DNA of 59,445 nt, the filler included. It is 3 parts of 3 records of this genome, joined end to end, with 100 filler letters (N's around TTAATTAATTAA, not from the genome) between each part and the next. Parts side by side here need not be neighbours in the genome. Positions count along the whole stretch, not along the records: positions 28,404 to 52,120 come from SRR20825006_1024; positions 52,221 to 59,445 come from SRR20825006_1031; 1 more part is not named here. One strand, given 5' to 3'. Below are positions 45,880 through 56,005 of the stretch, piece by piece; positions within the stretch are counted from its first letter, which is position 1; the number at the start of each line of letters is the position of its first letter. Made by a program: the position numbers and the translations under genes. A model generated the notes under the pieces. It was not told where the DNA came from. It worked only from the letters and a program-made list of their open reading frames with translations, and did not search any database.

Positions 45880-45898
45880 AATGATATCTATTCTCATT
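45880..45898. promoter_or_regulatory. Fur box
   Basis: AATGATATCTATTCTCATT, Fur-type palindrome 46 nt upstream of the FecI-like sigma gene. Confidence 0.75.
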
Positions 45899-45944
45899 TA
45901 TTCTCACCGCTTATTATTCGATCACTTACGCTGGGGGCGACCTT

Positions 45945-46469
45945 ATGTCGGCGACAACAGGATCGCTGCCGGTGGAAACGCTGTACAACGAGAATCATGG
46001 CTGGCTACAAAGCTGGCTTAACCGCCGGCTCGGCTGCCCTGCCCTGGCGGCGGATCTGGCCCAGGACACTTTTGTCCGCCTGCTCGCCAATCCGCGTCCC
46101 CTCAATAATCTGGGCGCCGCCCGCAGTTACCTGCGTACCGTAGCAGGCCGCCTGTGTATCGACCTTTGGCGCCGCCAATCCGTGGAGCAAGCCTGGCTGG
46201 ACGTGGTCGCGGCCCGTCCGGAAGCGCTGGACATTTCGCCGGAAGAGCACGCGATCATCGTGGAGACTTTCTGCGAAATTGATGAAATGCTTCACCGGTT
46301 ACCGGAAAAAGTAGCGAAAACCTTCGTGCTTTCACAAATCGACGGGCTCACCTATAAACAGATTGCGGCACAGCTGGATGTGTCAGAGCGTACGATCAAA
46401 AACTACATGGCCAAAGCAATGCTGGAGTGCATGCTAATCGAAGCCCGTTTCCATCATTCGGTGAGCTAG
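45945..46469 (+). CDS. ECF sigma factor, FecI family
   Basis: HGWLQSWL, AADLAQDTFVRLL, GLTYKQIAAQLDVSERTIKNYMAKA. Confidence 0.95.
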   Translation: MSATTGSLPVETLYNENHGWLQSWLNRRLGCPALAADLAQDTFVRLLANPRPLNNLGAARSYLRTVAGRLCIDLWRRQSVEQAWLDVVAARPEALDISPEEHAIIVETFCEIDEMLHRLPEKVAKTFVLSQIDGLTYKQIAAQLDVSERTIKNYMAKAMLECMLIEARFHHSVS

Positions 46470-47453
46470 ATGTCACAACCCGACCTGCCCGCCCATCATA
46501 TATTGCAACAGGCCGCACAGTGGTTTGCCACTATGCTTGCCGAAGATGTGAGCCAGCAGGAACGAGATCAGTGGGAAGCATGGTTGAACGATCACCCGGA
46601 GCACCAGAGAGCCTGGCGCTATGTGGAACAGGTAGGCCAACGCTTTCAGCACGCTCAGCAACAGGCCGGCGCAACCGGCGCCCGGCAAATCATTGATGAC
46701 ACCCGCAGTAGCCGAATTACGCGCCGGACCCTTGTGGGCGGCGGCCTGGCGAGCGTGGCAACCTGGCTGATCTGGAGCCAGACAACGCTGCCCGCCACGG
46801 CCCGCCAGCTGGCCCATACCCTGTCAGCGGGTTACCGCACTGCCACCGGCGAGCAACGTCAACTAACACTCAGTGATGGTGGGCAGCTATGGCTCAACAC
46901 CGCCACCGCCGTGGATATCAGCTACACCGATACGATTCGTCACATCAAACTAAGAGACGGCGAAATCCTCATTGAAACAGCCAAAGACACCCTCGCGCGC
47001 CCCTTTGTGGTGACTACGCTTCAAGGCAGCTTACGCGCTCTTGGCACCCGCTTCAGCGTGCAGCAAGGAGACGGGGATACGCAGATCTCGGTTTATGAAG
47101 GTGCCGTGGAAATCAACACCACCAGCGGACAAAGACTCACCCTGCAAGCCGGGGAGCACACGGCCTTTAGCGCCAACGCAATCGATGAGCCGATAAAGGC
47201 GCAATCTTCACGTGTCGCCTGGCAACAAGGCCTGATTGTTGCCGACAACATCTCGCTGCAAGAGCTGGTGGACGAGCTGAGCCGGTACCGCCACGGCTAC
47301 CTGGCCGTGGATACATCGGTGGCCGATTTAAAAGTGATAGGCACCTACCCCATCGACAAGCCCGACCACACTCTGGCCATGCTGGAAAATGCGCTACCGA
47401 TACGTGCCCGGCGCGTGCTGCCGTGGTGGGTAACCCTGGAACCCGGTCACTGA
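46470..47453 (+). CDS. FecR family anti-sigma / transmembrane sensor
   Basis: AAQW..W..HQRAW N-domain, TM helix, TATGEQR, LSDG, LNT, ALGTRF, ELSRYRHG. Confidence 0.95.
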   Translation: MSQPDLPAHHILQQAAQWFATMLAEDVSQQERDQWEAWLNDHPEHQRAWRYVEQVGQRFQHAQQQAGATGARQIIDDTRSSRITRRTLVGGGLASVATWLIWSQTTLPATARQLAHTLSAGYRTATGEQRQLTLSDGGQLWLNTATAVDISYTDTIRHIKLRDGEILIETAKDTLARPFVVTTLQGSLRALGTRFSVQQGDGDTQISVYEGAVEINTTSGQRLTLQAGEHTAFSANAIDEPIKAQSSRVAWQQGLIVADNISLQELVDELSRYRHGYLAVDTSVADLKVIGTYPIDKPDHTLAMLENALPIRARRVLPWWVTLEPGH

Positions 47454-47557
47454 ATTTCCCCGAGTCAAAAAAGTGCTCATCAAGGCTTCCCCCTTTTTCC
47501 CGTTCGCCCGTGTTAAGGAAAGAACGAGAATTTTTACCGATTGAGGGAGTCCCTAAC

Positions 47558-50038
47558 ATGCCCGTTGGCAACCCGTATCACCCCACCGATTTACGGCATA
47601 ACACTCGCCCCACCGGGCGGGCCATCCAACTGGCGAGCGCCGGGCTCGTCATCGCTATTACGCTGGCAGGCCCGATACTCTCGCCCCAATCCGCCAACGC
47701 ACAAAACCTTGCCGCGTCACAAACCCGTACCACGTTCAATATTCCCGCAGGCCCCCTATCCAATGCCTTGAACCGTTTTGCAGCACAAACAGGGCTTTAT
47801 CTGGCGGGCGCGGGAGAACTGACACAGGGTAAAAAAAGTAACGGACTGACCGGGGAATATACGGTTCAGCAAGGGCTGCAACAGTTACTGGCTGGCTCGG
47901 GCATCCGGTTTCAGTTTTCCGGCAGCAATACTGTGACCTTGGTGGAAGCCACAGACAACGCCGTCACTCTGGCACCGGTCACCGTCAATGCAGAAGGAAT
48001 CGGTGAATCCGCTTACGGGCCGGTAGAAGGGTTTACCGCGAAACGAAGCGCGACAGGCTCCAAAACGGACACCCCGATTCTGGAAATTCCGCAATCCATT
48101 TCGGTAATCACTGCTGATCAGGTCAAGACCACCGGCGCCACCACGCTCAAGGAAGCATTGAGCTACACCCCCGGTGTCAGCGCAACGCCCTGGGGCAACG
48201 ACTCGCAATACGACTGGATCTATCTACGGGGTTTTGACGCCTATTCCCCGGGCTTTTATCAGGATGGTCTGCAATTACGCAATAGCGGGAACTGGGCCGT
48301 GTGGCAAACCGAGAATTACGGTATCGAACGCATTGAATACCTGCGAGGTCCATCCTCCGTATTGTATGGACAGAACTCCGCTGGCGGCTTGATCAATGTG
48401 GTCAGCAAGCGGCCGACCCGCGCCCCGATTCGTGAAATCAGCGCCCAGATTGGTACAGACAATCGCAGGCAAATCGCGACAGACCTGTCAGGGCAAGCAG
48501 ACAGCGATGGCAAATGGCTTTACCGGTTAACCGCTTTGGAACGGGATGCTGACCTGTCCGTCGGCGACGACCTGCCCAATGACAGGACCTACATTGCGCC
48601 TTCTCTGACCTGGCGCCCCTCCAATGACACCCAACTAACGTTGTTGGCCGAATACCTGGACATGAACGTAGCCTCCAACTGGAGCAATTTCCCCGTTCAA
48701 GGCACTTTACTGCCCAACCCGAATGGCAACATCCCCGCCTCCACCTTCTGGGGGGAACCGGATTTCAGCCGCTATAATCAGGAACAGTGGATGATCGGCT
48801 ATCTGTTCGAGCATCATCTTAACGACACCTGGACCCTTCGTCAGAACGCGCGCTACGGGGAATTCGATACCGACTATCAGAGCTTCTATAGCCCGCGTTT
48901 TGTTACCGTCAATGCCGGAGACCCAAACGCTCCCGAGAACTTCCGTCTGTTAGACCGCACACCCTTTGGCAGTGACGAATCCGCCAGCCAGCTCACCCTG
49001 GACAACCAGGTAGAAGCTCACTGGCGCTCCGGACGCTGGCAGCACACACTGTTATTCGGGCTGGATTATCAACGGTCTGATTTTGATGTCACCGCTTACT
49101 GGGGTGGCACAGTCGATCCCATTGATGTTTACAACCCGGTCTACGGCTCGCCAGTCACGTTAACCGCATCACCGTTCATCGATGCCAATACCGTACTCAA
49201 ACAGACCGGCTTTTATCTCCAGGATCAGATCAAGTTCGACGAGCACTGGGTGCTTGCCCTTGGCGGACGTTTTGACCGTGCCGTCATCGAAAACGATGAT
49301 CAATTGAGCGGCTCAAACGACAAACAGACCGATGAACATTTTAGCGGCCGCGCCGGATTGGTTTATCTGGTAGGCAACGGTCTCGCCCCCTATATCAGTT
49401 ACTCGGAATCCTTTTCCCCAACCGCCACCATTAACCCTGCCACCGGCAACCCCTTTGATCCCGAAACCGGGCGGCAATATGAAGTGGGCATGCGCTACCA
49501 GTCACCCGGGGCCAACAGCACCTACAGCATTGCGGCATTTGATCTGATGAGACAAAACTACGTCACCTACGATACCGGCTTTGCCCCCCGCAACACCGGT
49601 GAAGTCACCGTGCGAGGAATCGAACTGGAAGCCGTGGCAGAAGTGCTACCCAATACGAACCTCAAGGCTGCATACAGTTGGACGCCGGAAGCCGATGTCA
49701 CCGACAGCGCCAACCCAAGCGAAATCGGAAAGCGTTCCTTTAACTACGCCGAGCACCAGTTCTCGTTATGGTCTGACTACACCTTTGGTTTTGGTTTGAA
49801 GCTTGGCGCAGGAGCCCGCTATACGGGATCGACCTATGGTGCCAATGAAGAAGCACCGGCAAAAATACCTGACTACACATTGCTCGATGCGCTGATCGGT
49901 TATGAAATCGGCCCCTGGGAATTAGCCGTTAACGCCCGCAACCTGACCGACAAGGAGTATCTGTCTAACTGCAATGACTCCGAATGTTATTACGGGGAAA
50001 CACGGAGCGTTATCGGCACGGTTAACTACCACTGGTAA
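47558..50038 (+). CDS. TonB-dependent siderophore receptor with N-terminal signalling (STN) domain
   Basis: FNIPAGPL STN domain, SATGSKTDTPILEIPQSISVIT plug, LRGPSSVLYG, NLTDKEY, C-terminal W. Start trimmed to ATG 47558. Confidence 0.95.
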   Translation: MPVGNPYHPTDLRHNTRPTGRAIQLASAGLVIAITLAGPILSPQSANAQNLAASQTRTTFNIPAGPLSNALNRFAAQTGLYLAGAGELTQGKKSNGLTGEYTVQQGLQQLLAGSGIRFQFSGSNTVTLVEATDNAVTLAPVTVNAEGIGESAYGPVEGFTAKRSATGSKTDTPILEIPQSISVITADQVKTTGATTLKEALSYTPGVSATPWGNDSQYDWIYLRGFDAYSPGFYQDGLQLRNSGNWAVWQTENYGIERIEYLRGPSSVLYGQNSAGGLINVVSKRPTRAPIREISAQIGTDNRRQIATDLSGQADSDGKWLYRLTALERDADLSVGDDLPNDRTYIAPSLTWRPSNDTQLTLLAEYLDMNVASNWSNFPVQGTLLPNPNGNIPASTFWGEPDFSRYNQEQWMIGYLFEHHLNDTWTLRQNARYGEFDTDYQSFYSPRFVTVNAGDPNAPENFRLLDRTPFGSDESASQLTLDNQVEAHWRSGRWQHTLLFGLDYQRSDFDVTAYWGGTVDPIDVYNPVYGSPVTLTASPFIDANTVLKQTGFYLQDQIKFDEHWVLALGGRFDRAVIENDDQLSGSNDKQTDEHFSGRAGLVYLVGNGLAPYISYSESFSPTATINPATGNPFDPETGRQYEVGMRYQSPGANSTYSIAAFDLMRQNYVTYDTGFAPRNTGEVTVRGIELEAVAEVLPNTNLKAAYSWTPEADVTDSANPSEIGKRSFNYAEHQFSLWSDYTFGFGLKLGAGARYTGSTYGANEEAPAKIPDYTLLDALIGYEIGPWELAVNARNLTDKEYLSNCNDSECYYGETRSVIGTVNYHW

Positions 50039-50246
50039 CAACCATTGCGAAGAGCACCGGCGGCAACATCGGGGGCGCATGCCCCCATCGCTGTGCTCCT
50101 CATAAGGACGCCTCAATCCATATATGCCCCCAGGAATAATCAGCCCGAAACCACCCCTCACCCAACTCCTCCAAATCCACCATGATTCCTCTCCCATATC
50201 GCTATATCATGAGCGCCCATTGATTCATTACCCCCATGGAGGCCCT

Positions 50247-52120
50247 GTGAGCGCGGACCTGAGCCAACATACGCCGATGATGCAGCAATACCTCGGTATC
50301 AAGGCCGAACACCCGGATCAGCTGGTGTTCTACCGCATGGGGGATTTCTACGAATTATTCTTTGGTGATGCCCAGAAAGCAGCACGGCTACTGGACATTA
50401 CCCTGACCCAACGGGGCCAGAGTGCCGGCAAGCCGATTCCCATGGCAGGGATTCCCTATCATGCGGCGGAGAACTACCTGGCGCGGCTGGTGAAGCTGGG
50501 CGAATCCGTGGCCATTGCCGAGCAGATCGGTGACCCCGCCCTGGCCAAAGGGCCGGTGGAACGCAAGGTGGTGCGCATTGTTACTCCGGGCACGGTGAGT
50601 GACGAGGCGCTGCTGGAAGAGCGCCGTGACAATTTGCTGTGCGCGGTTTTCGACCACAACAACCAGTACGGCTGCGCCAGCCTGGACCTGGCCGCCGGGC
50701 GCTTCGTGGTCACCCAGGTAGAAGGTGCCGAACAACTGCAGGCCCTGCTGGAACGCTGGTCACCGGCGGAGCTTCTGCTCAGCGAGGAACACGGCCTGCC
50801 GGGCCGCTGGGCTGAACGCCCCGGCACGCGCAAACGGCCCGGCTGGGAATTTGACGAGGACGCCGCCCGCCGCCAGTTGTGTCAGCAATTCCAGGTACAG
50901 GATCTGGCCGGTTTCGGTGAACCCACCGCCGTGGCGGTCGCCGCTGCCGGCGCCCTGCTTGGCTATGCCAAGGAGACCCAGCGCGGTGAGCTACCGCACA
51001 TTACCGGCCTGGCCGTAGAAAGTTTTGACGACGCAGTGGCCATGGACGCGGCCACCCGCCGCAACCTGGAACTGACCGAAACCCTGGATGGCCAGGAACA
51101 GCACACCCTGGCCTGGGTGCTGGACAGCACCCAAACCGCCATGGGCGCGCGCCTGCTCAAGCGCTGGGTGCACCAGCCGCTGCGCAACCGCACCACCCTC
51201 ACCCAACGACAGGACCAGATCGACGCCCTGCGCCAGGGCTGGTGTTTCGAGTCCGCCCGCGATGTGTTGAATGATATCGGCGACATGGAGCGGATCCTCG
51301 GCCGGGTAGCTCTGCGCTCGGCTCGCCCCCGCGACCTGACTCGCTTGCATGCCAGCCTGAAGGCGCTGCCGCCGTTGATTGGTACTTTACCCGCCGCCGA
51401 CTGCTTCTCTGAACTGATCGAGCGTATCGGCCAGTTTCCGAATCAGGTGGCATTGCTGGGCACCGCGGTGATTGAAAATCCGCCCATGCTGATTCGCGAC
51501 GGCGGCGTGATTGCCCCCGGTTACAGCGAAGAGCTGGATGAGCTGCGCTCCATCAGCGAAAACGCCGGCGCTATTTTAGTCGACATTGAAACCCGTGAGC
51601 GCGAACGCACCCAGCTTTCCACCCTGCGGGTGAAGTACAACCGGGTACACGGCTATTACATTGAATTGTCGCGACGCGAGTCCGATCAGGCGCCAGCGGA
51701 TTATCAACGCCGCCAAACCCTGAAAAATGCCGAACGTTTTATCACCCCGGAACTGAAAGAGTTTGAAGACAAGGCCCTGTCTGCCTCCAGCAAGGCGCTG
51801 GCGCTGGAAAAGCGCCTCTACGAAGCATTGCTGGAAAAAGTGGCCGCCGATCTGCATGCTCTGCAGCGCAGCGCTGCCGCCGTCGCCGAGCTGGATGTGC
51901 TCGCCTCCCTGGCCGAGCGTGCCGAAGCCCTCAACTGGGTACGCCCACAGCTGGTCGACGACGACGCCATCATCGAGATCGTGGATGGCCGCCACCCAGT
52001 CGTAGAGCAAGTGCTGGACGATGCGTTCGTGCCCAACAGCCTGCATCTGGATGACGCTCGCCGCATGGTAATCATTACCGGCCCAAACATGGGCGGTAAA
52101 TCCACCTACATGCGCCAGAC
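50247..52120 (+). CDS. mutS: DNA mismatch repair protein MutS (3' end cut by gap)
   Basis: [43 protein letters not shown] start at 50247 after GGAGG. Confidence 0.98.
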
Positions 52121-52220
52121 NNNNNNNNNNNNNNNNNNNNNNNNNNNNNNNNNNNNNNNNNNNNTTAATTAATTAANNNNNNNNNNNNNNNNNNNNNNNN
52201 NNNNNNNNNNNNNNNNNNNN
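52121..52220. other. Artificial contig spacer
   Basis: 44 N + TTAATTAATTAA + 44 N. Confidence 0.99.
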
Positions 52221-52690
52221 CCGTTGAGATTGGTGTGATCCACCTCGGGCACCAGCACATCAAGGCCGTGGCTGACCAGGCGTTGCTTATAAAAATCCAT
52301 CTCCATGGTGAAGCGCGTGCCGAGCAGGCCCACCGTGTCATAGCCGTCGCCGAGCAGGGCCTGGGCGGTCGGGTCGGCGATATGGATGAATGGGATGTCG
52401 ATCCCATCAAGCATGATGTCGGACACCACATGCATGGTGTTGGTGGCCAGGCCCAGCACATGGGCTCCGGCGCGCACCAGACCCTGGGTGACCGCGTTCA
52501 ACTGCCGTCCGGCGGCATCCCAATTGCCCGCGGACTGCATTTCGGCAATCGGGGCGAAATCGACCGAGTGCATGATGACGGGCGCCGAATGCAGCCCGCC
52601 CAGCCGCCGGGCCGTTTCCTGGTTGAGAATGCGATAATAATGGGCGCTGGATTCCCAGCTCATGCCGCCGATCAGGCCGATGGTCTTCAT
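52221..52690 (-). CDS. Aspartate/glutamate racemase family protein (YgeA-like), 3' end cut by gap
   Basis: IGLIGGMSWESS, LGGLHSA, ATNTMH, GLLGTRFTME. Start 52690 or 52702. Confidence 0.9.
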
Positions 52691-52698
52691 GGGTGCAC

Positions 52699-53238
52699 TC
52701 ACACGTGGGTAAAGCGTTGCGGAATGTCGCGGAAGGCCTCGACCACTTTTTCATAGGCAGGGCGCTTGAACGGCACGATGAGGCTGGGCGCGCGGCTCAG
52801 CTTTTCCCAGCGCCAGGCGTTGAACTCGGGTGGATGCTTGCCGCCGGCCGGCTCGGCGACGTCAATCTCGCTCTCATCGCCCGTAAAGGCAAAAGCGAAC
52901 CAGCGCTGGCGCTGGCCGCGATACTTGCCCTTCCAGGCCGTTCCCAAAACATCGTCGGGCAGGTCGTAATAGATCCATTCCGGCGCTTCGGCGAGCAGGC
53001 TCACCGAGGTCATATTGGTCTCTTCGTGCAGTTCGCGCAGAGCCGCCCCCAGCGGGTCCTCGCCCTTGTCGATACCGCCCTGGGGCATTTGCCAGGCCGA
53101 GCCGTGGGCGGCAGACTGGTCCGGGTCGCCCGCGCTCTTGCGGTGCCCCATGAACACATTGCCATGGGCATTGAACACGGCAATGCCTACGCAGTCGCGA
53201 TAGGGCAGGGAATTTCGGTCGGGCGGGGTATCGGTCAT
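52699..53238 (-). CDS. rppH: RNA pyrophosphohydrolase
   Basis: LPYRDCVG, Nudix box WQMPQGGIDKGE...RELHEET, YRGQRQRWF, IVPFKR. Confidence 0.93.
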   Translation of the reverse strand: MTDTPPDRNSLPYRDCVGIAVFNAHGNVFMGHRKSAGDPDQSAAHGSAWQMPQGGIDKGEDPLGAALRELHEETNMTSVSLLAEAPEWIYYDLPDDVLGTAWKGKYRGQRQRWFAFAFTGDESEIDVAEPAGGKHPPEFNAWRWEKLSRAPSLIVPFKRPAYEKVVEAFRDIPQRFTHV

Positions 53239-53305
53239 GCGGATCGGGCCTTTATTGGTCGCATGCGCGGATCGAACAGCTTGGCTGCCCGTGGGGCGTC
53301 ATGCG

Positions 53306-54454
53306 CTATTGCATCAGCGCGCTGGCCGGAACCAGCGCAATGCCCTTGGCATCGAGCTCGCGCGCCCATTCGGAGACGGCCTGCACCGATATGGGCAATG
53401 CGCTGACAATACCAAGGGCGCTGCCAGTATCCATGGCCTGGGCCTCAAGGCTGGCAAGTGCTGAGAGAATGGATGCACGGGCCGGGTTGGCGTCGATCAC
53501 TTGGCCCGCCCGGCCAAAGGGCACATTGTTGGCCCCGGCGAGCTGGGCGGCGACGGAGCGGTTGGACGAGCCATCGTCGAGATAGCCCAGGCCCCGGGCG
53601 CCCAGCTCTTCCATGATCGGCGCCATGTCGGTGGCCGAGGCGGTAAAGCGCGCACCCATATTGTTGATGACCCCGAAATAGCCGCCGAAACGGGCCATCA
53701 GCCAGAACAGCTTTTCGAGATTGTCGCGGGGCGTCTCGCCGGTCAGCATGGTGTGCGGGCCGGGATCATTCTGCGGATAGTCGAAGGGCTCAAGGGGAAT
53801 TTCGAGCATGACTTCGTGGCCAGCGCTGCGTGCGGCGGCAACCGTATTGGGCAGGGAGCGGCCATAGGGCGCAAAGGCCAGGCTCACCTCGTCGGGCAGT
53901 TGATCGATGGTATCGAGCGATCCCTGTTCGTTGATCCCCAGCCCGGTCACGACAATGGCGATCATGGGCTGGTTGGATGTTGTGACGCTGCCGGCATTGC
54001 GGCGATAGGCCAGGAAGGGCGTCAGGCCGGTGCCGGACATGCGGGGAATGGCGCCATGCGCGGTTTCTTCGCTGAGGTCCGGCAGAACGCCGAAACTGTT
54101 GGGGCTCTGGCCTGGTGTGGACGTGGCGCTGCCGGGTGCCGGCACGGCAATTATGGACCCATCGGCCGGAAACTGCTCGGGATCGGCGGTAATGGTGGCC
54201 GGGCCGGTTGCTGCGCTTTGGGCAATGCTATTGCCATCGCGCGTGGAGGTGATGGCCACTTCGGTGCTGGGCCGGCCGCCATCGGGCTCCTCGACCAGGA
54301 CCAGGCGCAGCGCGACCCCGCCAATGATCAGGAAAATGGCAATAAACAGCAGGCGCGCCAGCGGAAAGTGGAACTTTGCGGCCTTTTCCTGCTTCTGGCG
54401 CCGACGTCCGGTGAGCGGTGTGGACAGATCATTGGCCATTGGCGCTTCGCTCAT
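53306..54454 (-). CDS. Divergent polysaccharide deacetylase family protein (YibQ-like, alphaproteobacterial long form)
   Basis: N-terminal TM helix; GHEVMLEIPLEPFDYPQNDPGP, NNMGARFT; follows ctpA. Start 54454 or 54436. Confidence 0.88.
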   Translation of the reverse strand: MSEAPMANDLSTPLTGRRRQKQEKAAKFHFPLARLLFIAIFLIIGGVALRLVLVEEPDGGRPSTEVAITSTRDGNSIAQSAATGPATITADPEQFPADGSIIAVPAPGSATSTPGQSPNSFGVLPDLSEETAHGAIPRMSGTGLTPFLAYRRNAGSVTTSNQPMIAIVVTGLGINEQGSLDTIDQLPDEVSLAFAPYGRSLPNTVAAARSAGHEVMLEIPLEPFDYPQNDPGPHTMLTGETPRDNLEKLFWLMARFGGYFGVINNMGARFTASATDMAPIMEELGARGLGYLDDGSSNRSVAAQLAGANNVPFGRAGQVIDANPARASILSALASLEAQAMDTGSALGIVSALPISVQAVSEWARELDAKGIALVPASALMQ

Positions 54455-54564
54455 CTCCGGCTGGAGCTTTGTACCGTCGTGTTATCGACCCGCAAGATCG
54501 TTGCTTGCCGCGGGATGCGGCGCGAATCAGCTCCGCCGCATCCTCAGTCTATCATGGTGCCTTG

Positions 54565-55998
54565 CTATTCGGCTGTGGGCGGAAACGCAGGGTCGGTCTC
54601 TTCGCCCTTGATCAGGCTGAGCGCGTATTGGAGCTGGGTGTCCTCAGCCTTGTCCGCCGGGACATAGACGGACGAACCGACACTGGCCTCTTCCTGGCCC
54701 TCGACCGTGATATGGCCATCAAGCCCGGCTTCGCCGATGATCTCGTCGCGGCCCTGGAACTCCTCGGGCACCACCTGGCGCACCTCGATATCCGGGGTGA
54801 TGCCCAGAGCCTGGATCGAGCGGTTATCCGGAGTGTAATAGCGCGCCGTGGTCAGCCGCATGGCGCCATCCGGGCCCAGCGAAATGATCGACTGGACGGA
54901 GCCCTTGCCGAAGGAGCGGGTGCCGACCAGGGTCGCGCGCTTGTGGTCCTGCAGGGCGCCGGCGACGATCTCGGAGGCTGAAGCGGAGCCGCCATTGATC
55001 AGCACCACCATGGGCACATCGGCAATGCGCGCATCGAGGGGATCGGGGGCGGCATCGTAGCGGGCGCTTTCGCTTTCCGAGCGGCCGCGAGTCAGAACCA
55101 CTGCCCCGCGATTGAGGAAGGCGTCTGCCACATAGACCGACTGGTCGACCAGCCCGCCCGGATTGTTGCGCAAATCGAGAATGATGCCCTGGGGCGGCAC
55201 GTCGTCGCGTTCGGCATAGATGTCCTCGATGGCCCGCTCGATGCCGACAAAGGCCTGTTCGGAGAAGCGCGAGAGGCGCAGCACGGCGATATCGCCTTCG
55301 CCCTCGGTTTCGCCGCCTTCCATGCTCCAGCGCACGGCGCGCATGGAGATGATGCCGCGGGTCAACTCGAACTCAAGCGGTTCATCGACGCCTTCGCGGA
55401 ACACCGTGATGATGACATTGGTGCCGACCTCGCCACGCATCTTTTCGACGGCCTCGTCCTGGGTCATGCCCTGGACCTGGTCGCCATCGATTTCGATGAT
55501 CAGATCGTTGGACAGAATGCCGGCGCGGGCGGCGGGCGTGTCATCAATGGGCGAGACGACCTTGATCAGGCCTTCTTCCATGATGATCTCGACGCCCAGT
55601 CCACCGAACTGACCCGAAGTGTCCTCGCGCATGTCGGCATATTCGATGGGCGGCAGATAGCCCGAATGCGGGTCGAGCGAGGTCAGCATGCCCTGAATGG
55701 CAGCCCGGATCAGTTCCTGTTCGTTGGGCGGGTCGACATATTCGGACCGGATGCGGTCGAAGATTTCCCCAAACAGGTTGAGATCGGAATAGATGTCGAG
55801 TGGATCGCGGGGCGCGGCAGAGCGCTCGGCGGCTGTTGGCTCAGCCTCCTCTCCGCTGGGATTGGGGTCGAGCTGCTCTTCAATCGGCGCAGGATCGGCA
55901 GGGGCCTGGGCGAGCAACTGGTCCTGAGCGATCAGCACGGTGGCGGGCACCAGCACTGCTGCTCCGAGGGCAGCAAGGCGAAGGGTGGTCAGGCGCAT
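54565..55998 (-). CDS. Carboxyl-terminal processing protease, S41 family (CtpA-like)
   Basis: LDPHS, PDZ FGGLG, DLRNNPGG, SASASEIVAGALQD, FGKGSVQ, TARYYTP. Confidence 0.96.
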   Translation of the reverse strand: MRLTTLRLAALGAAVLVPATVLIAQDQLLAQAPADPAPIEEQLDPNPSGEEAEPTAAERSAAPRDPLDIYSDLNLFGEIFDRIRSEYVDPPNEQELIRAAIQGMLTSLDPHSGYLPPIEYADMREDTSGQFGGLGVEIIMEEGLIKVVSPIDDTPAARAGILSNDLIIEIDGDQVQGMTQDEAVEKMRGEVGTNVIITVFREGVDEPLEFELTRGIISMRAVRWSMEGGETEGEGDIAVLRLSRFSEQAFVGIERAIEDIYAERDDVPPQGIILDLRNNPGGLVDQSVYVADAFLNRGAVVLTRGRSESESARYDAAPDPLDARIADVPMVVLINGGSASASEIVAGALQDHKRATLVGTRSFGKGSVQSIISLGPDGAMRLTTARYYTPDNRSIQALGITPDIEVRQVVPEEFQGRDEIIGEAGLDGHITVEGQEEASVGSSVYVPADKAEDTQLQYALSLIKGEETDPAFPPTAE

Positions 55999-56005
55999 GG
56001 ATTAC

